From positions 1-64,000 of the IMG/VR virus record IMGVR_UViG_3300047678_000239: 64,000 bases of DNA. One strand, written 5' to 3'. The DNA is from a virus. Each line of letters begins with the position of its first letter. The first letter of the stretch is position 1. This document shows, in pieces, positions 27,924 through 36,759 of this stretch. The position numbers were made by a program, and so were the translations under genes. Below the pieces are notes generated by a model. The model searched no databases and was not told the DNA's origin. It saw only the letters and a list, made by a program, of their open reading frames with translations.

Positions 27924-28811
27924 TTATTCTTTGATGGTTTCCAACTCTTTGATTAATTCATATGAAAGTAATAGAGCCATAACATGATTTTCTTTAACCA
28001 ATGTTCCCTTTGAAATCTTATCCAATTGATTGACAGTTTCATCAAGTTTAATCTTGATAACTTCATTCTTAACCACACCTTTCAGTTCAAGAATTCTACC
28101 ACGAACCGTTGGAATTTCTTGATTGATATACTGACGAAGAGAGTTTGTATTGCTTATATTGTTGATATACTCTCTGATTAGAACCTTTTGGCGGTCATTC
28201 AAATTCTTGTATTTTTCGTTGAACGAATCCACAAGCAACTTATAAGCCAACAAACGAACCTCTTCATTTTGTTGTTGATAGACCTTGATTAAATCTTTCT
28301 TTTCTGCTTCAGAAATCAAACGAGTAGGAGTCTTGGTCGAAATCATTGATTCTACAATACAATTACGAGACTTGTAGATTTCTCTTGGGTCACAATTGGC
28401 GTTTGATACGGCTTCTTCGAAAATTTTGTAGATTGAGGCGAGAAGCTTGTAATTGCCAATTGCACCCTTTAGAAAATCATCAATTGGATAATTTGAACGA
28501 ATCTCACTGATTAATTCATATTTCTGTTTGAGTAAGACTTGTTCGTTAAGTTTCTTTCTGGCACGAATAACCGTTTCCAATAAACGGTCAGCATGAACGT
28601 TGTCTTTTACCTTCTCTTCGAAGATAATACGATAAAGACGATTTTCCTTTCCAAGCTCAGTGGATTCGGAAAAATATTTACGCAAGATTGAATTTGCCTT
28701 TGAGTCTTCTGAACCGTTTAAAATATCGGCAGTGACCTGTCTGACCAGCAATTCAAATAAGATGCCGCTATTTCGGTATTTCGAGTGTTTCATTTTTTTA
28801 ATTGGAGCCAT
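27924..28811 (-). CDS. Head morphogenesis protein downstream of the portal
   Basis: All-helical 295 aa, KHSKYRNSGILFELL start; position between portal and protease. Confidence 0.55.
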   Translation of the reverse strand: MAPIKKMKHSKYRNSGILFELLVRQVTADILNGSEDSKANSILRKYFSESTELGKENRLYRIIFEEKVKDNVHADRLLETVIRARKKLNEQVLLKQKYELISEIRSNYPIDDFLKGAIGNYKLLASIYKIFEEAVSNANCDPREIYKSRNCIVESMISTKTPTRLISEAEKKDLIKVYQQQNEEVRLLAYKLLVDSFNEKYKNLNDRQKVLIREYINNISNTNSLRQYINQEIPTVRGRILELKGVVKNEVIKIKLDETVNQLDKISKGTLVKENHVMALLLSYELIKELETIKE

Positions 28812-28858
28812 AGAAAACTTACATATAAATATGTTTCAACATGATAAAAACTTGATAA

Positions 28859-30751
28859 TTACACTGGTTTGTCATCTTGGACAAGAGAGGACTCATCCAA
28901 CATTGATTTCTTCTCTGTAATTACCTTTTTTACTGTCTTGTCAAATCTAGCTTCTAACTTGGTTTTTATACTCTTTAGTTCTTCGTCGAGAGACAGTGGT
29001 GAACCTCCCCTAAACCTGTGTTTGATTGGATTGGAGGTTGTATCAGCTCTATTTTCGAGGCGTCCCAGTGGGTCTTCTCCACGATTTTTAACCTGACTGG
29101 TTGAGTATTTTTCTTTGTTTCCCGTTTGGTCACGTTCTTTCTTTTCCTCAATGGTCATAATATCTTCCTCAGTGACTTCCTTCAACTCAGGCAAGTCAGG
29201 AAGCTCGTCTCCGCCGGCTGGCGATTCTGATGGAGGTGCGTCTCCACCTCCACCCATATCTTGTGGCTTTCCATCTCCATCAATTGCTTGGTTGCTGGTG
29301 GCTGGGTCATTGCCATCTTCTTCAATTTGGCTCATTCTCCAAGTTTCTTTTTGGTCCTTGATGATTTCTGTGGCCACTTCTTCAATGTCATCCTTAGACA
29401 TGCTCCAAACGTTTTTGTAAATCCAATCTTTGCTGAACATCTTGGCTTCGACCATATCCTTAGCGAGATTGACCTTATCCTGCCAAATAGCCAACTTCTC
29501 TTGTTCAAAGATGGTGGATGGATTGGATAATTCAATTTCGAAATCGACCAAGCTGGCGTCTTTATATCCTTGAATGAACAAATGAACAACAGCAATCTTA
29601 GTTAGTTCAGAAACAATGATGCGTTGAATACGACCAATGGTGCGAGAGAAACGAACATCTTCAGCAGCCAAAGTAGCTTTTCCAGAAATACCTTCTTCAT
29701 AACCAAGGAAAGCCTTTGGAATTTTCAAAGCTGCCATCATCTTGTTACGAACATATTCAATGTCCTCTGTTCCAGTAAATTCCATACCAGGGAGTGTCTC
29801 AATCTGAGTTCCACTGTCAGAACCACGAACTGGTAGATAAAAGTCTTCTACCATGTTATTCAAATTGAATCTCAAGTTGTAATCACCTGTTCTTTCATCG
29901 ATATAAGGAACCTTCTTGATTTGATTCATTATCTTTTGCATGAAACCGTCTATTTCATTTGGTGGCACATTTCCAACATCAATCTTAAAAATACGCTTTT
30001 CCGGTGCACGCATGATACGGTGAATTAACATAGCGTCTTCCATCAAACTCAATTGTTTCCAAACACGACGAGCTCCTTCCAACATTGATTTACCATATGG
30101 TAGAAAGTTACTATCTGAAATTAAACGGAAGTGGGCAATTTCAAAGTTTTCATACTCATTACCTCCGCCCAAACCATCATGTTGATACTTTACATAATTG
30201 ATATTGTTTGGGTCGGAACCTTCGACTCTCGTAATTTCATAAGCACTTAGAGGACGGACGACATAAACTCCATATTCTGGAGACAGTTCCAACTTCAAAA
30301 AGAAGTCTCCATACTTACACATGTTACGAACCCAAGACCACAAATTGAATTCAATATTGAGAACATCGTAAAACAAGTTCTCCAAAATCTTCTTGATATT
30401 TTCGTCGCTTGAGCGAATGGTCAACACCTTACCAAATTCAGAAGGAACCAGAGTTTCATCAGCATAAATGTCGAGCGCGCTGCTCAAGATTGGGTCCATG
30501 TCCATAACATCGTAATCACGAAACAACTCCAAACGAGCTGATTGATATGACAACGACATATCACGGTTATGAAGATTGTAGGTTGAGCTTCTTAAGCGAT
30601 TAAATCTATCGCGTAGGCTGTTTTTATCTGTAGCGTATTGGACTTCATCGGTATCAACTACTTTGAGTTTCTTTCCTCCAATATTACGAACAATTACATC
30701 CGTAGAAAACAGCTTCTTCAGCTTTGAAAATAAGTCTTTTTGTTCTGCCAT
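28859..30751 (-). CDS. gp20: Portal protein (T4 gp20-like)
   Basis: LMEDAMLIHRIMRAPEKRIFKIDVGN, EDFYLP, ALKIPKAFL motifs; acidic C-terminal tail. Confidence 0.95.
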   Translation of the reverse strand: MAEQKDLFSKLKKLFSTDVIVRNIGGKKLKVVDTDEVQYATDKNSLRDRFNRLRSSTYNLHNRDMSLSYQSARLELFRDYDVMDMDPILSSALDIYADETLVPSEFGKVLTIRSSDENIKKILENLFYDVLNIEFNLWSWVRNMCKYGDFFLKLELSPEYGVYVVRPLSAYEITRVEGSDPNNINYVKYQHDGLGGGNEYENFEIAHFRLISDSNFLPYGKSMLEGARRVWKQLSLMEDAMLIHRIMRAPEKRIFKIDVGNVPPNEIDGFMQKIMNQIKKVPYIDERTGDYNLRFNLNNMVEDFYLPVRGSDSGTQIETLPGMEFTGTEDIEYVRNKMMAALKIPKAFLGYEEGISGKATLAAEDVRFSRTIGRIQRIIVSELTKIAVVHLFIQGYKDASLVDFEIELSNPSTIFEQEKLAIWQDKVNLAKDMVEAKMFSKDWIYKNVWSMSKDDIEEVATEIIKDQKETWRMSQIEEDGNDPATSNQAIDGDGKPQDMGGGGDAPPSESPAGGDELPDLPELKEVTEEDIMTIEEKKERDQTGNKEKYSTSQVKNRGEDPLGRLENRADTTSNPIKHRFRGGSPLSLDEELKSIKTKLEARFDKTVKKVITEKKSMLDESSLVQDDKPV

Positions 30752-30811
30752 AAGGTGTAATGATATATATATAAGTCCGCTAACTATAAATATTGTCCCA
30801 ACGTTCTTTTA

Positions 30812-32458
30812 TCAGAGTAACCAACGCAAATCCTCTTTGGTATGGTCTTTCAATCCAACGTTCATTTTCCAAGGGTCAACTTGAACACCGTAAATATTGC
30901 CGCCCATAATTGGTAGACGAGACGAAGGCTTCTGCCCTTCTGCTGTTGCTGAAGAACCAATTTTGCTTAAAAGTATTTTTGATATAGCCTCACTCTCTGT
31001 TCTAAGCCTCAAGGCGATGTCTCTTATCCACATTGCTATTCCTGCTGCCAGCACAAGGTCATCGTTGTAACCAGACATAGCTTCAGCCTTAGAAGTAACT
31101 CCAGATGCCTTCCAGATGAACACTTTCAATTCTTCAATCAGTCTAGAAGAATGTATAATAAATTCCTTGTTTCTAATATAACTCTCCAATTTCGAAATAA
31201 TGAGAGGGCGAGTTTTATTACTTGTGGTGAATCCAGGTGTCATCTTTCTTTCGGCACTGTTTATCTTATTGGTCATTTGACTTTCAACGTCAACATATTG
31301 AAGGTCGCTTGAACTATAAAATAGATTAGGATATTCATTGTCCAAAATTTCTTGGATGACGGCCCAACCAACGTTGGCATTTTCTACCACCAAAATAGCC
31401 ATGTTGTATTCGGTTGCCATAGACATGAGAGCTCGAGCAAAGTCTTTGGTTGGTATTTTTCCTTTATACTCAGATACTTGTTCCATTGATTCAATGTCGA
31501 TGATTTGGGCTCCTGAAAAGTCCGTTCCATCTCCTCTACTAACGTCTGCTGTAACCATGTATGATTTGCCGGCTGTTGGGTATTCCCAAATCCAATATCC
31601 CTTATCTATTCCACGCTTTTCAATTGGAGGCTTAACGTGTGTTTGTTCATACCAATCCAATACAGGAATTTCGATAACGGTATTACCTGAAGTAGAAAAT
31701 GTGCAATCACATTCTTGAGATGCTCCACGCTCTCCGAGAAGTTTGGTTTGGTTATCTCTCCACGCTTTGTCTCTTTCTGGATGCAAATGCCAAGGAAGAG
31801 TTATTCTCTTAAAATCATTTTCACTTTGTTCTGATTCAATCCACAATTTGTGAAAGAAGTTACCAACACCGTTTGGCGTCGAAAGGATGATAGCCTTACC
31901 TCCGGTAGATAGTGTTGATTGAGCGGACAGCCAAATTTCTTCAACGCCATCAATAAATGCAGCTTCGTCAATGATTAGAAGAGACAAAGCGGACGAACGA
32001 CCAGAGCTACCAGAAGATGAAGCTGCTTTGATTTGAGAACCATTTCCCAACTTTAGAGAGAGTTGGTTATCGATTACAATTTTCTGCTTCAACCAAGATG
32101 GTAAATTGTCATTAGCAAATCTAACTTTGGTAACAATGGACTTTGATGTTTCCTGTGTAATAGATAAACACAAAATTTCCTTGTCAGAATGAAAGGTCAT
32201 CAACCATAAAGCGTAAGCTGATACAAGGGTTGTAATTCCCATTTGACGAGACTTCAACACAATACTCTTGTTATGATTACTAAAATCCTTTAGTGTTTCA
32301 TCTTGAAAAGGATATGTCAAGAATGGTATAGTTCCACGCACAGGGTGCTGAATCTTAACATACTTCTTCATAAAATACAAAGGGTCGGTTGCACATCGTG
32401 CAAATTCCGACCTCATTATATTTTTGAGATTTTTGGTTGTATTTTCTGGATTAGCCAT
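30812..32458 (-). CDS. gp17: Terminase large subunit (T4 gp17-like)
   Basis: KSRQMGIT Walker A, LLIIDEAAF Walker B, STPNG, ADVSRG and DDLV nuclease motifs. Confidence 0.96.
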   Translation of the reverse strand: MANPENTTKNLKNIMRSEFARCATDPLYFMKKYVKIQHPVRGTIPFLTYPFQDETLKDFSNHNKSIVLKSRQMGITTLVSAYALWLMTFHSDKEILCLSITQETSKSIVTKVRFANDNLPSWLKQKIVIDNQLSLKLGNGSQIKAASSSGSSGRSSALSLLIIDEAAFIDGVEEIWLSAQSTLSTGGKAIILSTPNGVGNFFHKLWIESEQSENDFKRITLPWHLHPERDKAWRDNQTKLLGERGASQECDCTFSTSGNTVIEIPVLDWYEQTHVKPPIEKRGIDKGYWIWEYPTAGKSYMVTADVSRGDGTDFSGAQIIDIESMEQVSEYKGKIPTKDFARALMSMATEYNMAILVVENANVGWAVIQEILDNEYPNLFYSSSDLQYVDVESQMTNKINSAERKMTPGFTTSNKTRPLIISKLESYIRNKEFIIHSSRLIEELKVFIWKASGVTSKAEAMSGYNDDLVLAAGIAMWIRDIALRLRTESEAISKILLSKIGSSATAEGQKPSSRLPIMGGNIYGVQVDPWKMNVGLKDHTKEDLRWLL

Positions 32459-32840
32459 GACCGAGTTGTTCGTATCTATTACCTATTTTAGAATCATATG
32501 TTCCAAAAAAAATTCTTGGTAAAGCCTCATTTACGCTTGGTGAAAATTGACTAATACTACCATCTAAAATTTTATCATCAACTTCTACCCAGTCGTGGTT
32601 TACTTGGTATTCATCATGTCCACTTTCATCATCATATTCCATGTATTTGAATGCGTCTGGATTATCCAATCTAAAACCTCCGATAACGTGTATCGATTTA
32701 ATATTTTTTTCTTTTAAAAGGTCAATTATTTTTGATGTAATAATTCCACAAGCTCCGGTTGGATTTCCAACTGACCTCAAAGCTTTCTCTGCGAGAGCAA
32801 GTATTAATTCCTCTCTTGGAATTTCTTTCGACAAATTCAT
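32451..32840 (-). CDS. Transglutaminase/papain-like fold protein (Cys-His-Asp)
   Basis: GACG...NHDWVEV...ILDGSISQF. Confidence 0.5.
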   Translation of the reverse strand: MNLSKEIPREELILALAEKALRSVGNPTGACGIITSKIIDLLKEKNIKSIHVIGGFRLDNPDAFKYMEYDDESGHDEYQVNHDWVEVDDKILDGSISQFSPSVNEALPRIFFGTYDSKIGNRYEQLGHG

Positions 32841-33451
32841 TTGTTCAAAATAACGTTAAGTTTCTCGATTTCTTCTGTAAGTCTTTTAACTTCTTTCAAA
32901 CAACGAACGTGGTCTTTTTTCAAGGACTTCAATAAGTCATTTCTACGAACATCGTTCCATTCTTCAACGAGACCGTTTGAATTAACGAAGGTTAAGACTT
33001 TGGTAGTCTTCATGTATTCAAGACCATCCTTAACTTTCGCCTTTATGTCCAAGATATAACCGAGCTCATTTTCAAACAGTTTCTTTTGTTCATATGCCGC
33101 CCACTTGCCTTCAAGCTTCAATCGCGTTTCGTATTCAACCAAACAATCAAGACACATGCCCGTCTTTGAGAACATTTTTTCATCCTGTTTGGTTCCCCAA
33201 CGAATTTCTTTTTTACAAGAAGTGCATCGAACGTTTGTCTCTTCACGAACAATGTCCATAATTGGAGTGTGAGAGGTCTTTCCATAAGACTTTTGAATCC
33301 AAGTTTTACCCTTAGAATCGGTCCAAATTTCTCCTTCTTTTCGTGTGGAATTATCCTCCACACCTTCATAGCCCACTTGAGTAATCGGCCTTTCGCCGTT
33401 CAAGTATTGCTGAACCATCTCAATATTCGATTTATTTTTTGCGTGTTTCAT
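32837..33451 (-). CDS. Hypothetical Zn-binding/coiled-coil protein upstream of the terminase
   Basis: CTSC and CLDC pairs; C-terminal coiled coil. Confidence 0.6.
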   Translation of the reverse strand: MKHAKNKSNIEMVQQYLNGERPITQVGYEGVEDNSTRKEGEIWTDSKGKTWIQKSYGKTSHTPIMDIVREETNVRCTSCKKEIRWGTKQDEKMFSKTGMCLDCLVEYETRLKLEGKWAAYEQKKLFENELGYILDIKAKVKDGLEYMKTTKVLTFVNSNGLVEEWNDVRRNDLLKSLKKDHVRCLKEVKRLTEEIEKLNVILNK

Positions 33452-33483
33452 AGTTACAACCGTGTAGTTATATATATGAAAAC

Positions 33484-36336
33484 TTAGAGGTTATCGCCCG
33501 AATTGGTTATTTTTTTATCTAACAAAAACCTCAATAGATAAATGATGTAACTTACTCCCTTATAATTGGTAGAACCAATGGCTTCTTTGAGTTTCTTAAA
33601 TTTATCTACCACAAACTTTATTTGTTGGTCAGTTTTTTCAGCGGTGTCTGGGTCAACCGTTGGCTTTACTTTTTCCCATTGTTTTAATGTATCCAACAGT
33701 TCTTTTGAAGATGTGGCTACGGCATCGCTTGCTCTTTTGCGAATATTTTCCGAATCAAGTCTGTCTCCATTTTCTCTGAGCTCTGCAAATACAGCCAATG
33801 CTATTTTATTTAAAGTGACTTCATCTGTTCCAGGCCCAACGGTTTGTCTAGCTGATTGGATAGCCTTGTTTATAGTAGCGGCATGCGTGGTTTTAAATCC
33901 AAACACATTCTTCAAAAATTCTCCATCCAATACTTTTTCCAAGTTTCCAAGAGCTTTTCTAGTTCCCCAGGTTTTTTCAGCGATTTGGTGAAATATTTCC
34001 GAAGTTCCTTTTATAAAAATATCTTCGTCTGGAAGCCTTATTTTCATCACAACCCCTTCAACTGGATATTTTCCGTCGCCATGAGATAGGAATGAATTGA
34101 TTTTCTCAGCATATTGATTCAATGAGCCTTGCAATTGCTTTCTAATGGTCAATATCATCTTCTTGAGGGCGAGCTTCTCCGGTGTATCCTTCCTCGACCT
34201 CAATAATGTCATAGCTCCAGCTAATTTTTTAGGGTCTTCAATGAAATCTTGAACTCCACTGAAATCGAATACAAGACCCTCTCTTGAAAGATTTCCATGT
34301 TGTAAAATGTTATACACCTTCCACTCCGGGTCTTCGGTGTTGATTATCATATTTAGAATTCCATCGGATGTTGTATCTCCATCCTTACTCACAGCTCCAA
34401 AGCAAACAAATGCTCCTTTATTTCCCAATTTTGCTCTATTATATTTAGTTGAAGCAAACACCACATCACCGAATTCATTTCCCTTGTGAGTCAATACCGG
34501 AAACATTTCTGATGTTATTTTGAAAAATCCATATTGCTTAAAGGCGGCCTGTAATCTCCTTTGGAACGGAACATAACTATTCAAAAACAGTAGTGCTTGA
34601 TAAAAATGTGAAGTAAATGGATTGTTGAATCGTTCCGCTAAATCTACAGTTATTTCTCCGCTATTCGCTGATTCGAGATAGAATTTTCCGGATTGATTTA
34701 ATCCAAACATACATGGTGAACCGTCAAGTTTTTCAGTGACGCTTACATTATCGTTGACTGACAAATCCAATTTTCCCGACTTTACAAGAGGCTGAATTTT
34801 CTGAAGAAATCTAAGGAAAGCTCCGTCAGACATTTCACTTGTTCCATGAAATCTTTGAATAGAAATCTTATCTTCTGTTAAACTCGGATTCTTTGAGTCT
34901 GTGTGGGCAGATATGCTTTCTTTGTATCCCTGAATTACTTTATCTCTTATTTCGGGAAACTTAAATGAATTCGACTTGAACAGTGCGTAGACTTTTTCGA
35001 AGGTATCAATGTCGGAGAACGATTTATCGTCACCAAATAGAAATTTAGAGACAAAATTCATATCGTCGGATTTGAATTCTCTTGAAATTTCCTTTCTTTT
35101 ACCCTTTGGAGTGAGTGTAAATTTTTGAAGATAAAAACCTTCTCCTGGGGTCAGCATGTATTTCTGTTTAACTCCTTCAATTGAGCCCTCATCTTCAATC
35201 AATTGAGCGAATATTTCCATTATGAAAAGATTTCTATACTTTGCTTTATATTCACTACCTGGAGCTCCACTATACAGTTTATCTCTCCAATTTCTTTTTC
35301 CCAACATTATATCAAGTTGAACAAATGGTGTGGCGTCTTCTTTGTCCGCTCCAACAAATTCTTGAGGAAATCCATTTGGTTGTTGAGCAATGCCCAATAA
35401 ATGAATTTGATTTAGGCCTGGTGCAAAAACAAACGACTTTGGTGCTCCAATTTTTTCGAAATAAGCCTTAATCGCTGGAAACAATTCTTCTTTGGTTGGA
35501 TTTACTTTTAAAAACTTTGCTAATTCATCTGAATCAATAGCGATGTCAATATCGCCCATAATATCTTTTTGATGATTGCCGATTTTCGAATATTGAATTT
35601 TGTCCAAACCATATAGTTCGAGGGTATGAGAAATCGTGGAATCTAAATTACTTTGTTTGACCTGCGACACTCCTTGGTCAAACATGTTTCCACCTTCTTT
35701 CAGAGGAATCTTTTTTTCTGATTGGCTAAATTTCTTAAACATCAAATCTGACAATTTTAAATCATACCATCCAAATATCTGTTTAAATAAAGTCGGAGAA
35801 TTTTGTGTGGCTATTAAATTTCGTATTTCCGTTCCGCTTAGTTCTCTACCAGAAACCTTAATAGAAGTGTGTGGTAACGTGAGAACATATCCATGTTTTT
35901 TGAAACCTTGTAAATTGTTTTTGTTTTTCTCATAATCTTGAAGATAGGTGGCCTCGCCGCTTTTCTTCGTTCCAATTACCAGTCTACCAGCATCCTTTTC
36001 ACCAAATCCAAAAACAATAGCTGTGTCATCGCTTAGTTTTTCCGTTATTTCGACAGCTGAATATGGGCTCTTTGTTTGAATAATTTTATTTGCAGGAACT
36101 CCATACTTCATCCAAATTTTCTTTTTATCATCAAAATTAAGCGGACTCTTCGCTGGGTCGGTTAAATTTGATGTAGCGACGAATACGTTGTTGGCTCCAA
36201 ATTTCGATACTAACCATTTATACGTTTCAAAATGGTGTAAGCCCGCAGGCTGAAATCGTCCAGGATAAATAGCGACAACTTTATCAGCGCCCATTTCCTC
36301 AATTAGAGATTCAATCAAACTGTCGGATAACGTCAT
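33484..36336 (-). CDS. Three-domain protein: HIGH-type cytidyl/adenylyltransferase-like + Pol-beta-type nucleotidyltransferase + RNA-ligase-like adenylation domain
   Basis: YPGRFQPAGLHH and LSGTEIR; IGN..GDIDIAID and VQLDIM; TEKLDGS, SEMF, VCFG, EGVVMK, FIK. Confidence 0.7.
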   Translation of the reverse strand: MTLSDSLIESLIEEMGADKVVAIYPGRFQPAGLHHFETYKWLVSKFGANNVFVATSNLTDPAKSPLNFDDKKKIWMKYGVPANKIIQTKSPYSAVEITEKLSDDTAIVFGFGEKDAGRLVIGTKKSGEATYLQDYEKNKNNLQGFKKHGYVLTLPHTSIKVSGRELSGTEIRNLIATQNSPTLFKQIFGWYDLKLSDLMFKKFSQSEKKIPLKEGGNMFDQGVSQVKQSNLDSTISHTLELYGLDKIQYSKIGNHQKDIMGDIDIAIDSDELAKFLKVNPTKEELFPAIKAYFEKIGAPKSFVFAPGLNQIHLLGIAQQPNGFPQEFVGADKEDATPFVQLDIMLGKRNWRDKLYSGAPGSEYKAKYRNLFIMEIFAQLIEDEGSIEGVKQKYMLTPGEGFYLQKFTLTPKGKRKEISREFKSDDMNFVSKFLFGDDKSFSDIDTFEKVYALFKSNSFKFPEIRDKVIQGYKESISAHTDSKNPSLTEDKISIQRFHGTSEMSDGAFLRFLQKIQPLVKSGKLDLSVNDNVSVTEKLDGSPCMFGLNQSGKFYLESANSGEITVDLAERFNNPFTSHFYQALLFLNSYVPFQRRLQAAFKQYGFFKITSEMFPVLTHKGNEFGDVVFASTKYNRAKLGNKGAFVCFGAVSKDGDTTSDGILNMIINTEDPEWKVYNILQHGNLSREGLVFDFSGVQDFIEDPKKLAGAMTLLRSRKDTPEKLALKKMILTIRKQLQGSLNQYAEKINSFLSHGDGKYPVEGVVMKIRLPDEDIFIKGTSEIFHQIAEKTWGTRKALGNLEKVLDGEFLKNVFGFKTTHAATINKAIQSARQTVGPGTDEVTLNKIALAVFAELRENGDRLDSENIRKRASDAVATSSKELLDTLKQWEKVKPTVDPDTAEKTDQQIKFVVDKFKKLKEAIGSTNYKGVSYIIYLLRFLLDKKITNSGDNL

Positions 36337-36347
36337 GACTATAAATA

Positions 36348-36527
36348 TTAAATAGGGTCTGACTTCGGTGGAGTTTGTTCTGGCTGAGACATAGCTAACT
36401 TAATTAGACTATCCACACATTGAATCGCTCCCTCTATGGCAATTGCAGTATTAGCAGCGTTTCTCTGTTGAGTCTGATAATTCTTTTTGATTTCAATTAA
36501 TTCTTGAAGTGAGATTGTTTTTTCCAT
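36348..36527 (-). CDS. Small hypothetical protein (59 aa, below the ORF-track cutoff)
   Basis: MEKTISLQELIEIKKNYQ...PPKSDPI*; ATATTTAT 4 nt before ATG. Confidence 0.6.
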   Translation of the reverse strand: MEKTISLQELIEIKKNYQTQQRNAANTAIAIEGAIQCVDSLIKLAMSQPEQTPPKSDPI

Positions 36528-36567
36528 ACAAATAAATATATACAGAATTCAGAATAGACCATTATAA

Positions 36568-36756
36568 TTAGGTATTGTCCGCTTCAAGAATGATTGTTGC
36601 GCCCGTTACATACGAAGCATCTGATGCTCTTCTCAATTCAACAAACAAAGTAGTTGAACGGAATTGACCCAACGGAGCGGTTCTTCCCCAAGAACGGTCA
36701 AATGAAAGACTCATCCACGTATTGATAAGAGCCTGATGCTTTGAAGGATAACTCAT
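36568..36756 (-). CDS. Small hypothetical protein downstream of the fibre gene
   Basis: Starts 3 nt after the fibre stop codon on the same strand. Confidence 0.45.
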   Translation of the reverse strand: MSYPSKHQALINTWMSLSFDRSWGRTAPLGQFRSTTLFVELRRASDASYVTGATIILEADNT

Positions 36757-36759
36757 ACA

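Noticed and set aside
28859-32458. Inteins or introns in portal and terminase
   Set aside because: Lengths are ordinary, motifs are contiguous and no splicing signatures were seen.
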